Translations under genes and position numbers: made by a program
Assembly (NCBI RefSeq): GCF_902713755.1
Contig: NZ_LR744089.1
DNA length: 32,000 bases
Direction: 5' to 3' (one strand)
Source: Candidatus Saccharimonadota bacterium
GTDB lineage: Bacteria; Pseudomonadota; Gammaproteobacteria; Johnevansiales; Johnevansiaceae
Notes under the pieces: generated by a model
Database searches by the model: none
Told to the model about the DNA's origin: nothing
The model's input: only the letters and a program-made list of their open reading frames with translations
Shown: one piece after another, positions 31,141-32,000 of the stretch
Layout: each line of letters opens with the position of its first letter
How positions within the stretch are numbered: the stretch's first letter is position 1

Positions 31141-32000
31141 ATTATATTATTTTTTAATTCAGATATTCTTAGTTTTGCTTTATATCGTGCTATATCTTCT
31201 CCTTTTTTAAGTATTTTATTAATATATGTATAATCTTTTAAAAGTCTTAAATAAATATCTCTTGGAGAACGTAGTGATTCATTAATATAATCAAAAACTA
31301 TTTTTTTTACTTCACTCCAACTTATACCTTCATTATATCTATTTTTTAAACAATAAATTTCTTCTTTATTTGCAAATGCTGAGAATATTTTAAATAAAGT
31401 ACAATTTTTTATATCTTTAGGATCACTTACTTTAGTTGAATTAGTTTTTATTTTACGAATCATATTATATAATGTTTTTTCTGTACAAAATAAAGGAATA
31501 GTATTACCATAACTTTTAGACATTTTTCTTCCATCTAAACCATTTATAATTTTATTTCTTTTATCTAATTTTATTTTTGGTAAAACAAAATATTTTCCAT
31601 ACATACTATTAAATTTTAAAGCAATATCTCTTGTGATTTCTATATGTTGAATTTGATCTTTTCCTACTAAAACAAAATTTGCATTAAATAATAAAATATC
31701 AGCCGCCATAAGTAAAGGATAACTATATAACCCCATATTAATATTATTTTTGCCATTTATTAATAATGACCGATAAGCGTGAGCTCTATTTAATAAACCT
31801 TTGTAACAAATACAACATAAAAACCACATTAATTCAGTAATTTCTGGTATAGATGATTGACAATATAATATTACTTGATTTGGATCTAATCCAATTGCTA
31901 ACCAAGCTGCTAACATTTCTAATCTATAACGTTTTATTTTTTTAGGATTTTTTAATTTTATTAAAGCATGTAAATCCGCAATAAAACAATATGTTTTTAT
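31137..32000 (-). CDS. trpS: Tryptophan--tRNA ligase, C-terminal 287 codons (N-terminus beyond window end)
   Basis: The frame is open to nt 32000 (..IKTYCFIADLHALIKLKNPKKIKRYRLEMLAAWLAIGLDP...). It has the KMSKS box (RKMSKSYGN), YPLLMAADILL and GKDQIQHIEITRDIA. The HIGH region would lie upstream of the window. Confidence 0.92.
   Translation of the reverse strand: MKTYCFIADLHALIKLKNPKKIKRYRLEMLAAWLAIGLDPNQVILYCQSSIPEITELMWFLCCICYKGLLNRAHAYRSLLINGKNNINMGLYSYPLLMAADILLFNANFVLVGKDQIQHIEITRDIALKFNSMYGKYFVLPKIKLDKRNKIINGLDGRKMSKSYGNTIPLFCTEKTLYNMIRKIKTNSTKVSDPKDIKNCTLFKIFSAFANKEEIYCLKNRYNEGISWSEVKKIVFDYINESLRSPRDIYLRLLKDYTYINKILKKGEDIARYKAKLRISELKNNII

Overview
This window is a densely packed, very AT-rich chromosome segment from a genome-reduced obligate endosymbiont of gammaproteobacterial type. 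It uses the standard genetic code: TGA serves as a stop for pheS, trpA and trpS, and Trp is TGG. I call 26 protein-coding loci. Translation and ribosome biogenesis: pheT (partial), pheS, rplT, rpmI, infC, proS, valS, leuS, gltX, trpS (partial), lepA, era, ybeY and deaD. Others: lepB, holA, trpB-trpA, argD, sucA-sucB-lpdA, a YfhL-type ferredoxin and a collapsed ahpC remnant. One complete rrn operon (16S, tRNA-Ile(GAT), 23S, 5S) lies on the minus strand. Gene order supports the assignment: lepA-lepB-era, leuS-holA, pheST-rplT-rpmI-infC, and sucAB followed directly by lpdA as I recall for Pseudomonas/Halomonas-type genomes. A whitefly Portiera-like lineage is a reasonable guess from memory but is unverifiable here without a 16S search. 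I see no mobile elements, CRISPR arrays, defence, toxin or secondary-metabolite genes, and no novel multi-gene system. The unusual signal is a set of perfect or near-perfect short-unit tandem arrays between 12 and 31 kb. They sit exactly on start/stop junctions, inside the rrn spacer, inside 16S, and in frame within sucB. In sucB, two perfect 9-bp arrays encode a 66-aa Ser/Ala/Thr/Pro linker that seems to displace most of the E3-binding domain. Other points of interest are non-canonical start codons for infC (ATA) and sucB (ATT), and precise loss of rnc and lptE from conserved clusters. An in-frame miniaturised ahpC keeps both catalytic Cys motifs. deaD is joined to the end of the rrn operon by nothing but an 8-bp repeat. 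A perfect consensus sigma70 promoter lies upstream of 16S. All coordinates were derived by hand from the sequence. Protein identities rest on recalled family motifs and recalled E. coli sequences, not on searches.
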